Assembly (NCBI GenBank): GCA_010093745.1
Contig: MU006028.1
Location: 1 to 64,000, forward strand
Direction of reading: 5' to 3'
Length of the DNA stretch: 64,000 nt
DNA from: Piedraia hortae CBS 480.64
Lineage: Eukaryota
Position numbers and translations under genes: made by a program. Below the pieces are notes generated by a model. The model was not told where the DNA came from. It saw only the letters and a list, made by a program, of their open reading frames with translations, and searched no databases. Shown piece by piece: positions 11,919 to 22,643 of the stretch; position 1 is the stretch's first letter, and every line of letters starts with the position of its first letter.

Positions 11919-12456
11919 ATGCTCCTCTGTCCGCCCTCCCTTCCCCTCCAAGCCCTCAACCTAACGATGAATAGTCTGTCCAAACTGCAGCAACACTCTA
12001 AGCGTAACAACGAACCACGCAGCAGGAGGAAACTGCTTCACATGTCGCACCTGTCCGTATCAGAAACCGCTCGACGATGGAATTTACTATGAAAGACACT
12101 ATATGCCGAAGAAGAAACGCCTCGATGGGGATATCCTTGGCGGGGCGGATGCGTGGAAAAATGTTGATCGTAAGTTTGACCTATTTTTGGGTGGGTGGGA
12201 GAAGACATGGAGGGGGATCAGCTAAACCGTCGCCTGCCCATCTACCCTTTCTTACCCATCCACCCGCCCACCCTCCCCACTCCTTTATTTCCCCATGGCA
12301 GAAGCTAACGAAACAGGCACCCCAATCCGCTGTAAGAACGACCGATGTGGTAGTAATGAGGCATATTTCCGGCAGGTGCAGATCCGCAGCGCAGACGAGC
12401 CGATGACGACGTTTTACAAGTGTTGTCGCTGCGGGACAGACTGGAGGGAGAATTGA
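11919..12456 (+). CDS. RPC11: RNA polymerase III subunit C11 (TFIIS-like); exons 11919-11928, 11975-12169, 12317-12456
   Basis: Spliced MLLFCPNCSNTL..CRTCPY..GGADAWKNVDRT..EAYFRQVQIRSADEPMTTFYKCCRCGTDWREN. Not called as a unit by the ORF track. Confidence 0.95.
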
Positions 12457-12984
12457 GCAGTTATATCAAGCTAGGGGGTTGTAGGCTATGGAATGCTTCG
12501 GGAGCGTGTATGATACGGTTTCGGGTGGGCGAGTGATGGAGTGCAGGACGTGGCGTCCCCGCGCGGGGTAGATAACAGCTCTGATAATGATGTCATCATT
12601 TCATGGAGGAGCATTCGCTGGTCGTGAAGGTTGTGAGATGTGTGATTTAAATCCTTTTACCTGACTTGATAGTTGAATGGACAGTGAAGGAGTGTTGTAG
12701 TCCATCTTTCCCAACCTCCAAAGCAGCCATCTATCCATAGAATCACATGAACCCCAAAAAACCATCACAGCTGCCTGTATCTTTCACATCCGTCCTCGGA
12801 CCGGAAGAATCCGGACGTGCATGTGCATCTTCCTCAAACACATCAATCCATAAAACCCCGGTCGAATCCACACACCCTCAAGGCCCCCGACTCATGTAAC
12901 CCACCACCCCACATTCTCCATCCCCAAAAAAAAAAAAAACCCTCCATCCCACCTCACCCACCCACAACATTCACAACACCCACA

Positions 12985-15900
12985 ATGCACGAATTCGGCA
13001 CCCCCCACGAAGATGGCGACACGCACTTGCACGCGAACATGGTGCACCAGCGCCTGCGCGCCAACAGCTCGATCATGGAGCTAAAAAAACTCTTGGTTGC
13101 CAACCGCGGCGAAATTCCCATCCGCATATTCCGCACTGCACACGAGCTCTCTCTCCAAACCGTAGCCGTCTACAGCTACGAGGACCGTCTCTCAATGCAC
13201 AGACAGAAAGCCGACGAGGCGTATGTGATAGGTAAACGGGGGGAATATACCCCCGTGGGCGCCTACCTAGCGGGTGATGAGATTATTAAGATAGCAAAGG
13301 AGCATGATGTGCAGATGATCCACCCTGGTTATGGGTTTTTGTCCGAGTCGGCGGGTTTTGCGCGCGCGGTTGAGGCTGCGGGGCTCATTTGGATTGGACC
13401 CTCGCCGGATGTGATCGATGGGCTTGGAGATAAGGTTTCCGCGAGGAAGCTCGCGAAGGAGTGTGGGGTTCCGTGCGTGCCCGGCACGCCGGGGCCGGTG
13501 GAGAGGTTTGAGGAAGTCAAGGAGTTTACGGACGAGCATGGGTTCCCGATTATTATCAAGGCTGCGTTTGGGGGCGGGGGGCGGGGGATGAGGGTTGTTT
13601 GGAAGCAGGACGAGCTTAAAGAAGCGTTTGAACGCGCGACATCGGAGGCGAAATCCGCGTTTGGGAATGGGACCGTTTTTGTGGAGAGGTTTCTGTACAG
13701 ACCGCAGCATATCGAGGTGCAGTTACTCGGGGATAACTATGGGAACGTGGTGCATTTGTTCGAACGAGATTGTTCGGTTCAGAGACGACATCAGAAAGTT
13801 GTGGAGCAGGCACCCGCGAAGAATTTGCCAAAGGAAACGAGGGATGCAATCCTCGCTGATGCGGTCAAGTTGGCTAAATCGGTAAAGTATAGGAATGCGG
13901 GAACGGCGGAGTTTTTGGTGGATCAGCAGAATCGGTATTATTTCATTGAGATTAATCCGAGGATTCAGGTCGAACATACGATCACGGAGGAGATTACGGG
14001 GATTGATATTGTCGCTGCACAGATTCAGATCGCGGCTGGTGCGTCGCTTGAGCAGCTTTCGCTCACGCAGGATAAGATCTCGGTGCGTGGATTTGCGATT
14101 CAGTGTCGGATCACGACCGAGGATCCGTCGCAGGGTTTTAAGCCCGATACGGGGAAGATTGAGGTTTATAGATCTGCGGGTGGGAATGGGGTGCGGCTGG
14201 ACGGTGGGAATGGGTTTGCCGGATCGATCATCACGCCGCATTATGATTCGATGTTGGTAAAGTGTACGTGTCGGGGGCCTACGTATGATGCTGTGCGGAG
14301 GAAGATGCTGCGGGCGTTGGTTGAGTTCCGCATTCGGGGTGTCAAGACTAACATCCCGTTCTTGGCTTCGCTGCTAAACTATCCGACCTTTATCGAGGGT
14401 AATACTTGGACGACTTTTATTGACGACACGCCTGAGCTGTTCAGACTCATCGGTAGCCAGAACCGGGCGCAGAAATTGCTGGCGTATCTGGGCGATTTGG
14501 CGGTCAACGGAAGCCAGATCAAGGGCCAGATTGGGGAGTCCAAGTTCCAGGGAGAAATCATCATGCCCACCTTCACAGATGACCATGGCAATGCCATGAA
14601 TGTGTCCCAGCCGTGCACCAAGGGCTGGAGGAACATCCTCGTCCAGCAGGGTCCCGAGGCTTTTGCAAAGGCCGTGAGGGAGAACAAGGGCTGTCTCGTC
14701 ATGGACACAACATGGCGTGATGCTCACCAGTCGCTGCTTGCTACCCGTGTGCGCACAGTGGATATGTGCAACATTGCCAAGTTCACCAGCTACGCGCTGT
14801 CCAATGCGTGGGCGTTGGAATGCTGGGGCGGAGCGACGTTTGATGTGGCTATGAGGTTCCTGTATGAGGATCCGTGGGACCGTCTTCGCAAACTCAGGAA
14901 GCTGGTGCCCAACATTCCTTTCCAGATGCTGCTTCGTGGTGCCAACGGCGTGGCTTACTCGTCTCTGCCGGATAATGCTATTTATCATTTCTGCGAGCAG
15001 GCAAAGAAGAATGGCGTGGACATTTTCCGCGTCTTTGATGCTCTGAACGATGTCGAGCAACTTGAAGTAGGCGTCAAGGCTGTGCTCAAGGCTGGTGGAG
15101 TGGCAGAGGGTACAATGTGCTACTCTGGCGACATGTTGAACCCCAAGAAAAAGTACAACTTGGACTACTACATGGAAGTTGTTGACAAGATTGTCGGCAT
15201 GGGTGCCCATATTCTTGGAATCAAAGACATGGCTGGCGTGATGAAGCCGCGTGCTGCCACCATACTCATCGGCACCATCAGGCAAAAGTACCCTGATCTT
15301 CCTATCCATGTGCACACTCACGACTCCGCAGGCACGGGAGTGGCTTCCATGGTTGCCTGTGCCCAGGCCGGAGCAGATGCCGTCGATGCAGCGACAGATA
15401 GCCTCTCTGGCATGACGTCCCAGCCGAGCATCGGCGCCATTGTAGCTTCTCTGGAGGGTGGAGAACATGATACCGGTCTCGATGGCCACGCTCTCCGCCA
15501 GATCGACGCCTACTGGGCTCAAGTCCGTCTGCTTTACTCACCCTTCGAAGCAGGCTTGACGGGCCCCGATCCGGAAGTCTACGAGCACGAGATCCCCGGC
15601 GGTCAGCTCACGAATCTCATCTTCCAGGCCTCTCAGCAGGGCCTCGGAGCCAAATGGGCGCAGACAAAGAAAGCATACGAAGAAGCCAACGATCTTCTAG
15701 GCGACATTGTCAAAGTAACACCAACATCCAAAGTCGTCGGTGACTTGGCCCAGTTCATGGTCTCCAACAACCTCAGCTACCAAGACTGTCTCGACAAAGC
15801 CCAGGAACTCGACTTTCCCTCTTCCGTCCTAGAATTCTTCGAAGGTTTGATGGGTCAACCATACGGCGGCTTTCCCGAACCTCTCCGCACTCACGCCCTC

Positions 15901-16536
15901 CGCAAGCGCCGCAAAATGGACAAACGACCGGGTCTCTACCTCGACCCCGTCGACTTTGACAACGTCCGCAAGAAACTCAAAGAACAATACGGCGGGTGCT
16001 CCGAAACCGACGTGGCCTCATACATCATGTACCCCAAAGTCTTCGAAGACTACAAAAAATTCGTCTCCAAGTACGGCGACCTGTCCGTCCTACCGACAAA
16101 GTACTTCCTCAACCGGCCCGAAATCGGCGAGGAGTTTTATGTCGAGTTGGAAAAAGGCAAGGTCTTGATTCTCAAGATGTTGGCTATTGGACCTTTGAGT
16201 GAACAGACGGGTCAGAGGGAGGTTTTTTACGAAATGAATGGTGAACTGAGACAGGTTACGGTTGACGATCAGCATGCTGCTGTAGAGAACAAGAGTCGAC
16301 CTAAAGCTGATGCGAGCGATACTAGTCAGGTTGGAGCGCCGATGTCGGGTGTTGTGGTTGAAATTCGGGTTAAAGATGGGGCGGATGTGCAAAAGGGAGA
16401 TCCGATTGCGGTGTTGAGTGCGATGAAGATGGAGATGGTCATCAGTGCGCCGCATTCGGGGAAAATTGGTCATTTGGAAATTAAGGAGGGGGATTCGGTC
16501 GATGGTCAGGATCTTATTTGCAAGATTGTGAAGTAG
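12985..16536 (+). CDS. PYC1: Pyruvate carboxylase (intronless)
   Basis: 'KKLLVANRGEIPIRIFR', 'DTTWRDAHQSLLATR', biotinylation motif 'SAMKMEM'. Confidence 0.98.
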   Translation: MHEFGTPHEDGDTHLHANMVHQRLRANSSIMELKKLLVANRGEIPIRIFRTAHELSLQTVAVYSYEDRLSMHRQKADEAYVIGKRGEYTPVGAYLAGDEIIKIAKEHDVQMIHPGYGFLSESAGFARAVEAAGLIWIGPSPDVIDGLGDKVSARKLAKECGVPCVPGTPGPVERFEEVKEFTDEHGFPIIIKAAFGGGGRGMRVVWKQDELKEAFERATSEAKSAFGNGTVFVERFLYRPQHIEVQLLGDNYGNVVHLFERDCSVQRRHQKVVEQAPAKNLPKETRDAILADAVKLAKSVKYRNAGTAEFLVDQQNRYYFIEINPRIQVEHTITEEITGIDIVAAQIQIAAGASLEQLSLTQDKISVRGFAIQCRITTEDPSQGFKPDTGKIEVYRSAGGNGVRLDGGNGFAGSIITPHYDSMLVKCTCRGPTYDAVRRKMLRALVEFRIRGVKTNIPFLASLLNYPTFIEGNTWTTFIDDTPELFRLIGSQNRAQKLLAYLGDLAVNGSQIKGQIGESKFQGEIIMPTFTDDHGNAMNVSQPCTKGWRNILVQQGPEAFAKAVRENKGCLVMDTTWRDAHQSLLATRVRTVDMCNIAKFTSYALSNAWALECWGGATFDVAMRFLYEDPWDRLRKLRKLVPNIPFQMLLRGANGVAYSSLPDNAIYHFCEQAKKNGVDIFRVFDALNDVEQLEVGVKAVLKAGGVAEGTMCYSGDMLNPKKKYNLDYYMEVVDKIVGMGAHILGIKDMAGVMKPRAATILIGTIRQKYPDLPIHVHTHDSAGTGVASMVACAQAGADAVDAATDSLSGMTSQPSIGAIVASLEGGEHDTGLDGHALRQIDAYWAQVRLLYSPFEAGLTGPDPEVYEHEIPGGQLTNLIFQASQQGLGAKWAQTKKAYEEANDLLGDIVKVTPTSKVVGDLAQFMVSNNLSYQDCLDKAQELDFPSSVLEFFEGLMGQPYGGFPEPLRTHALRKRRKMDKRPGLYLDPVDFDNVRKKLKEQYGGCSETDVASYIMYPKVFEDYKKFVSKYGDLSVLPTKYFLNRPEIGEEFYVELEKGKVLILKMLAIGPLSEQTGQREVFYEMNGELRQVTVDDQHAAVENKSRPKADASDTSQVGAPMSGVVVEIRVKDGADVQKGDPIAVLSAMKMEMVISAPHSGKIGHLEIKEGDSVDGQDLICKIVK

Positions 16537-16681
16537 AAGACATATATGTAGTCTCGTCCCTGGGTCGTCCGTTACCTTCAACTGATTGGTGGGACGGCCC
16601 GCGCGCGTCAACGTCATCTCCATTTTTTCCGGTGCACCACCAAACTACCTACGACGAAAACATCCCACCAAGATTGCTACA

Positions 16682-18169
16682 ATGGCAACCATCCCCCCAC
16701 CCCCCACAAAGCGCCAAAAACGCGAAGCATTTTCCCCTCTCCCCATCCCAGCGATCATGCAAAGAATCCAATTCCTCAACGCTGACACGCACGAACCGCA
16801 AGGTCCCGTGGTCTCAATCTCCCTCTCGGACCTGCACCCACGGAACCTCTCCCTCTTACTGAACACCCTCCTCGAAAACTCCACCCAAACCGACTGGCGA
16901 TTCTACAATCCCCTCCACACGGACGAAGAATTCAGTCAATCCAAACTCCTCACCGCGCTCCGGGACGGCACGGCCTCCAGCGAGCGAACCCTCGAAATCC
17001 CCTACCGCCCAGAGGCTGTCTACCGAGTGAAGGCAGTAACCCGCTGCGCTGGGGCAATAACCGGCCACGGCGCCGCGATCCTCACGGCGCAGTTCTCAGC
17101 GGGGAGTTCATCCCTTCTAGCTACTGGCGGGGGGGATCATGATGTTCGTGTCTGGGATTGTGAGACGCTTACTCCCAGGCTTAGGTTGAGGGGACATACG
17201 GGGTGGGTTCTTGTCGTGGCGTGGAAGGGTGATGGGACCCTCCTTGCGTCGGGGGGGATGGATTGTTTGGTTAGGTTGTGGGATCCCGTGAAGGGAAAGG
17301 CGATGGGTGAGCCGTTGAAAGGACATACAAAGTGGATTACAAGTCTTGCGTGGGAGCCGGGGCATAAAGGGGGGGGAAGGGTCGCATCCGCATCCAAGGA
17401 TTGTACCGTTAGGGTTTGGGATACGGCGGCTGGGAGGGTTGAGTTTGTGCTGGGGGGGCATAAGGGGTGCGTGTCGTGTGTGAAGTGGGGGGGTAGAGGG
17501 TGGATTTATACTGCTTCGCAGGATAGGACGCTCAAGGTTTGGGATGCGGATAACGGGGGGTTGGTGTACTCCCTAGAGGCGCATGCGCATTGGATCAATC
17601 ACCTCGCGCTGTCGACGGACTATGTCCTTCGCACGGGGTTTTATGGGGATGACGCCCCGCCGGAGACGGGGGAGGGGAGGAGGGATAAGGCTTTGCAGAG
17701 GTTCAATGCTGCGCTGAAGACGGCGGGTGGAGTGGAGAGAGTGGTCACCGCGTCGGATGATTGTACCATGTTCCTGTGGTCACCTTCGGAGAGTAAGAAA
17801 CCCATTCAGAGGATGACGGGGCATCAGAAACAGGTCAACCACGTTACGTTTTCTCCCGACGGATCGATGATCGCGTCATGCGGGTTTGATAATCACACGA
17901 AGCTGTGGAGGGCTACGGATGGAAAGTTTATATGCACGCTCCGCGGACATGTAGGGCCCGTGTACCAGTGCGCGTTTAGTGCGGATTCGAGGTTACTGGT
18001 CACGGCGTCGAAAGATACTACGCTCAAGGCGTGGAATACACGCACGGGAATGCTGGTGGAGGACCTCCCGGGGCATAAAGATGAAGTTTATGCGGTTGAT
18101 TGGGCGCCGGATGGGGAGAGGGTGGCTTCTGGGGGGAAGGATAAGGCGGTGAGGATATGGTGCCACTGA
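16682..18169 (+). CDS. RSA4: Ribosome assembly WD40 protein Rsa4/Notchless
   Basis: 'MATIPPPPTKRQK', NLE domain, WD repeats, 'AHAHWINHLALSTDYVLRTG'. Confidence 0.95.
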   Translation: MATIPPPPTKRQKREAFSPLPIPAIMQRIQFLNADTHEPQGPVVSISLSDLHPRNLSLLLNTLLENSTQTDWRFYNPLHTDEEFSQSKLLTALRDGTASSERTLEIPYRPEAVYRVKAVTRCAGAITGHGAAILTAQFSAGSSSLLATGGGDHDVRVWDCETLTPRLRLRGHTGWVLVVAWKGDGTLLASGGMDCLVRLWDPVKGKAMGEPLKGHTKWITSLAWEPGHKGGGRVASASKDCTVRVWDTAAGRVEFVLGGHKGCVSCVKWGGRGWIYTASQDRTLKVWDADNGGLVYSLEAHAHWINHLALSTDYVLRTGFYGDDAPPETGEGRRDKALQRFNAALKTAGGVERVVTASDDCTMFLWSPSESKKPIQRMTGHQKQVNHVTFSPDGSMIASCGFDNHTKLWRATDGKFICTLRGHVGPVYQCAFSADSRLLVTASKDTTLKAWNTRTGMLVEDLPGHKDEVYAVDWAPDGERVASGGKDKAVRIWCH

Positions 18170-18279
18170 TCGGCCGGGGTTTTGCCTATTTGGGAGATGG
18201 ACCGGGCCGGTGCGAAGAAGTAGAAAAATTCCTGACGGAAGGGAAACATCCACCACCACGGAAAGATTTCATAGACGCC

Positions 18280-19911
18280 ATGAATGAAGACTCGATCGAG
18301 TGGATAGATACCCCGAAGGCTGCCCCGTCGGCGCCGGGGAGTAGGGAGTGTGGTGTCCGAACGACGTCGGTAGGTAGATGGTATTGTTAAAGGGTATTGC
18401 TAAACGGTAGAACAGTATCCAGCCATCAAGAACGCGCCTTTACCAGCCGATGGACCTGGGACGGAGTCCTTCAGCAACCTCTACCTATTCAGCTTACTGG
18501 GATTTATCCCCGGGTACCTGGCATGGAAGGTCAACGGCGGGCTATTTACATGGCTCTTCTTCGCCTTACTCACAGCCATCCCCATCCTCATGGTCTTCTG
18601 GACCGTAGCCTCATCCATGTCTCCGCGCATCAACGAAAAAGTGCGCTATCCCGGCCGTCCTGTGGAGCATTACCTCCGCTTCAAGCGCGAAAGCGACCGC
18701 TCGAAATACCGCGGCCGCAACAAAATCCCCATGGAAACTTTCCATGAAATGTACTTTGACAACCTCGTTGATTTCAACGGCGACGCACTCGAAGTCATGG
18801 AGTACCGCCACGATTGGGCCAATTTTCGCTTCACCTGGAGTTTATACTGGTTCTTTCTAACGGGAATGATGCCTGAGGTGATTATGCATACCCGCAGTCA
18901 AGACGAAGAACAGGTCCGCGGCCACTACGATCGTGGAGATGACTTTTACGGCTGGTTCCTTGGCCCTCGCATGACTTATACGTCGGGGATCATTGGTGAT
19001 ATTACCCGTGAAGAGAGCCTGGAGCAGCTGCAAGATAACAAACTCGGTATCGTGTGTGAGAAGATTAACCTCCAAAAGGGAGATCGCATGCTTGATGTGG
19101 GCTGCGGATGGGGGACGCTGGCTAAGTTTGCGTCGGCGAATTATGGAGCGAATGTCACGGGTGTGACGCTGGGAAGGAATCAGACGGAGTGGGGAAACAA
19201 TGGGTTGAGAAAGCTGGGGATTCCAGAGGAACAGAGTCGTATCCTCTGCATGGATTACCGCGACATTCCCGTCCCCGAAGGCGGATACAACAAGATCACC
19301 TGTCTCGAAATGGCGGAGCATGTTGGCGTGCGCTTTTTCGGGACTTTTTGTCGGCAAATTTACGAGATGCTGGATGATGATGGCGTCTTCTTTATGCAAA
19401 TCGCCGGACTACGTAAAAGCTGGCAGTACGAGGACCTCGTCTGGGGTCTTTTCATGAATAAATACATCTTCCCCGGGGCTGATGCGTCGACGCCGTTGGG
19501 TTTCTTCGTCGACAAACTCGAATCGGCGGGGTTTGAGATTAAGAATATTGACACGATTGGCGTGCATTATTCGGCTACCCTCTGGCGCTGGTACCGCAAC
19601 TGGCTCGCTAATCGGGAGAAGATTGTGGCCAAATACGGATTGAGGTGGTTTAGGGTGAGTTACATTTGAGAGAAGTGGTTTTCCATGGCTGACCGAGACA
19701 GATCTGGGAGTACTTTCTCTCGTACAGTACCATCATCTCGCGCCAGGGAAGTGCAACATGCTACCAGATTACAATGGTGAAGAATATCAATTCGACGCAT
19801 AGGATTGAGGGCGTCAAGTCGCAGTATAATCTGTCTGGTGCGCTGCGTGCGTGCATTGATGCGGGGAAATCGGTGTTTCCGCGCGCAAAGGGACAGACGG
19901 CTGTTTATTAG
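18280..19911 (+). CDS. Sphingolipid C9-methyltransferase (CFA synthase family); introns 18370-18415, 19655-19701
   Basis: 'YPAIKNAPLPADG', 'QDEEQVRGHYDRGDDFYGWFLGPRM', SAM motif 'LDVGCGWGTL', last exon 'IWEYFLSYSTIISRQGSATCYQI'. Confidence 0.93.
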
Positions 19912-20087
19912 GTAGTTAGAAGATTGAGTCCTGTAACGGTTGTGTCATTTAGCGTCCGCGTAAAAATTGATGTTGATGTAACGGTTGACATTCTTGTAAC
20001 GCCCGCCGAATGTCAACATGTAAGACCTATGACATCATCCCGACTGTCGATGCGTAACGGCTGAACATTGTCAACCAACCACTGTAG

Positions 20088-21443
20088 ATGGAAGAAAAGC
20101 ACGACTTCGACCAGCGCCACGATGGGCCCTTTGACCAACCCGAATCGTCCGCGACGGCAGCGATTGAGCTGAAGCAACCGCCAGGGCGCAAGAGCCTCGC
20201 ATTCGACCGGCCGGAAAGCCACAAGGAAAGGCGGAAGAGCATGCCAAAACGACACGCCAGCGACCCAGCAATCGCCCGACCGCGCAACTCAACCTCACGG
20301 ACAAGCAGAGACTTTGACGCCCGACGCGATGGTCCCTACGGCCGGCCGTCGCTCACCATGCAGCGACGCAAGTCCAGCCGTCACGGCACCAGCACAGTCA
20401 CCTCACCACGGGAGGAACCCAACGAGGACGACGTCGTCCCGACCCTAGACGAACTATCCGAGCCAACGCAGACGATGACCGCAACCTTTGAACCCGACCC
20501 GCCACCTCTAAACTATAGCCTCCATGCACGGAAGAAGGCGATAATAATATTCTGGACGTTGATCCTAATCGACTGCGTCGTCATCCCTATAGCACTATAC
20601 TTTGGCCTCTGGTACGGAACGACGAGGAAGCAATTATCCGCAAACGCTGTTTTTTCCATCGTTACCGCTGGTCTGGGTGGTGTTTCGATCCTGGAATATA
20701 TCCTCAGGTTGAGACAACTATTAAAAAAGGACTCGACGTGTAGACCTATAGGCGCACCACGCGGATATCTCGATTTCTTCCACTGGAATTTTTCCGTGGG
20801 GTGGTTTTTCGTCGTTATCGAACTCATTGTGTAAGTTACATCCATACCAATACCCAATGGAAACCCATACACATGGATAAAGCTAACAATGCATAGTGGA
20901 ACGATCCCCCGCCACCCCCCCATGCGTCTCCTCTCCATGCCCGTCGCCTCCATGCTCTTCGCATTCGGCACGGAACTCCTCATCGTGGACTTCCTCCGAA
21001 TATTCCAATACCCCTCGCCAATCCGCATCTCGTCCATCCCCAAAGGCTCCCAACTACGCCCTTGCATCTATCATATCATCGAGGATGTCTGCGCCGTCGA
21101 CGGCGGAGGCGGAACAGCCTTCCGCGAAGCGCTTAACAAACGCTACGAGGCGTCGCATACTTTCCGCGCGATGCTGCGACGCTTAGGCCTCTTCTGGGCT
21201 TTTGGGGGTGAAGGGGCTGCTGTTGTGGTTACGGTCATTGTTTTCACAACGGATAAGGAACCCGCCTATGTCGTCGGATGGGCGGCGCCGTTTGTGTGGG
21301 CTGGTTTCTGGGCGTTACTGACGTATGGGTATGTAAAGTATATGTTGAAAAAGGAGAAGGTGCATTGGAGGGAGGGGGTCTTGCAGAAGGTTGAGGAGGG
21401 GGTCTTGCAGAAGGTTGAGGAGGGGGTTGTGTCAGAGAGTTGA
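20088..21443 (+). CDS. Conserved fungal multi-pass membrane protein of unknown function; intron 20831-20896
   Basis: Several TM segments; 'IIEDVCAVDGGGGTAFREALNKRYEASHTFRAML'; splice joins ELIV-GTIP in frame. Confidence 0.8.
21372..21427 (+). repeat. Perfect 24-bp tandem duplication (EGVLQKVE x2 plus a partial copy)
   Basis: gagggggtcttgcagaaggttgag repeated at 21372 and 21396. Confidence 0.95.
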
Positions 21444-21611
21444 TACCGAGGTACCCCCGCTTTGAAGATGTATTAGATAGACATGCCTCTAGAAGGACGT
21501 CCCCGGACATCTTCCATCCCCGCCGAGAAACTCTCCAAGACAATCCCAAAAATCCCAAAGGATCCCCCAAAACTCCCAGGGCTCCCTCCCAGGGCTCCCT
21601 CCCAGTATACC

Positions 21612-22643
21612 ATGTCCCTCAAAACCCCCCTCTGCCCCCTCTTGGGAATAACCCATCCCATCCTCCTCGCCGGAATGGCCCACGTCTCCACCGCCCCCCT
21701 CGCCGCCTCCGTCTCCAACGCCGGCGGTCTCGGCGTCCTCGGCGGATTAGACTACACTCCCGCCCAACTCCGCTCCATGATCCGTGATCTTAAATCCCTC
21801 CTCCACAGTCCAACCCTCCCCTTCGGTATAGACCTCGCGTTGCCCCAAATCGGAGGGTCCGCGAGAAAAACCAATCATGATTATACAAACAACACCCTCC
21901 CCGAGCTCATCCAAATCATAATCGATGAGGGGGCGAAGTTGTTTGTATCGGCGGTCGGCGTCCCACCCCCCTGGGCCGTTGAGAAGTTACATGCTGCGGG
22001 TGTATTAGTGATGAACATGGTCGGCCACCCCAAACACGCGTTGAAAGCGCTGCGCGGGGGGTGCGATTTGATTTGTGCCCAGGGCGGGGAGGGCGGAGGA
22101 CATACGGGAAGGGTCGCTACCGCAATTCTTGTGCCGGCCGTTGTGGACTGTGTCCGGGGGTGCACTTCGCCGTTGACGGGCGGGCCTGTGTTGTGTGTTG
22201 CTGCCGGAGGGGTGTATGATGGGAGGGGGGTGGCGGCGATGTTGGCGTATGGGGCCGCTGGGGTGTGGGTTGGTACGAGGTTCCTCGCCTCTGAAGAGGC
22301 GGGATGTTCGAGGCTGCATAAGGATGCGGTGCTGACTGCCGGGCTGGAGGATACGGGGAGGACGTTGGTGGTCTCGGGACGGCCGCTTAGGGTGCGCAAA
22401 AATGAGTGGGTTAGGGGGTGGGAAGAGACGGGGTTGGTGGAGGGGCTGTGTGCACAGGGAATTGTGCCGCTTGAGAAGGATTTGGAGGAGGGGAGGGAGG
22501 TTGATGTTCCGTTCTTGATGGGGCAGGTCGCGGGTGTGATTCACGAGGTGAAGCCGGCAGGGATGATTGTGGAGGAGATGGTTAGGGAGGCGGTGGAGGT
22601 TCTGAGACAGTTGGGGGGGAGGACGAGGGGGAGTAAATTGTAG
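21612..22643 (+). CDS. Nitronate monooxygenase/2-nitropropane dioxygenase family; C-terminal PTS1 (SKL)
   Basis: 'LGITHPILLAGM', 'AQGGEGGGHTG', 'AAGVWVGTRF'; ends GSKL. Confidence 0.92.
   Translation: MSLKTPLCPLLGITHPILLAGMAHVSTAPLAASVSNAGGLGVLGGLDYTPAQLRSMIRDLKSLLHSPTLPFGIDLALPQIGGSARKTNHDYTNNTLPELIQIIIDEGAKLFVSAVGVPPPWAVEKLHAAGVLVMNMVGHPKHALKALRGGCDLICAQGGEGGGHTGRVATAILVPAVVDCVRGCTSPLTGGPVLCVAAGGVYDGRGVAAMLAYGAAGVWVGTRFLASEEAGCSRLHKDAVLTAGLEDTGRTLVVSGRPLRVRKNEWVRGWEETGLVEGLCAQGIVPLEKDLEEGREVDVPFLMGQVAGVIHEVKPAGMIVEEMVREAVEVLRQLGGRTRGSKL

Noticed and set aside
14374..15522. Long antisense ORFs over PYC1 (also over CHC1 43176-44477, UBX and eIF3j)
   Set aside because: Shadow ORFs caused by codon bias of the sense gene.
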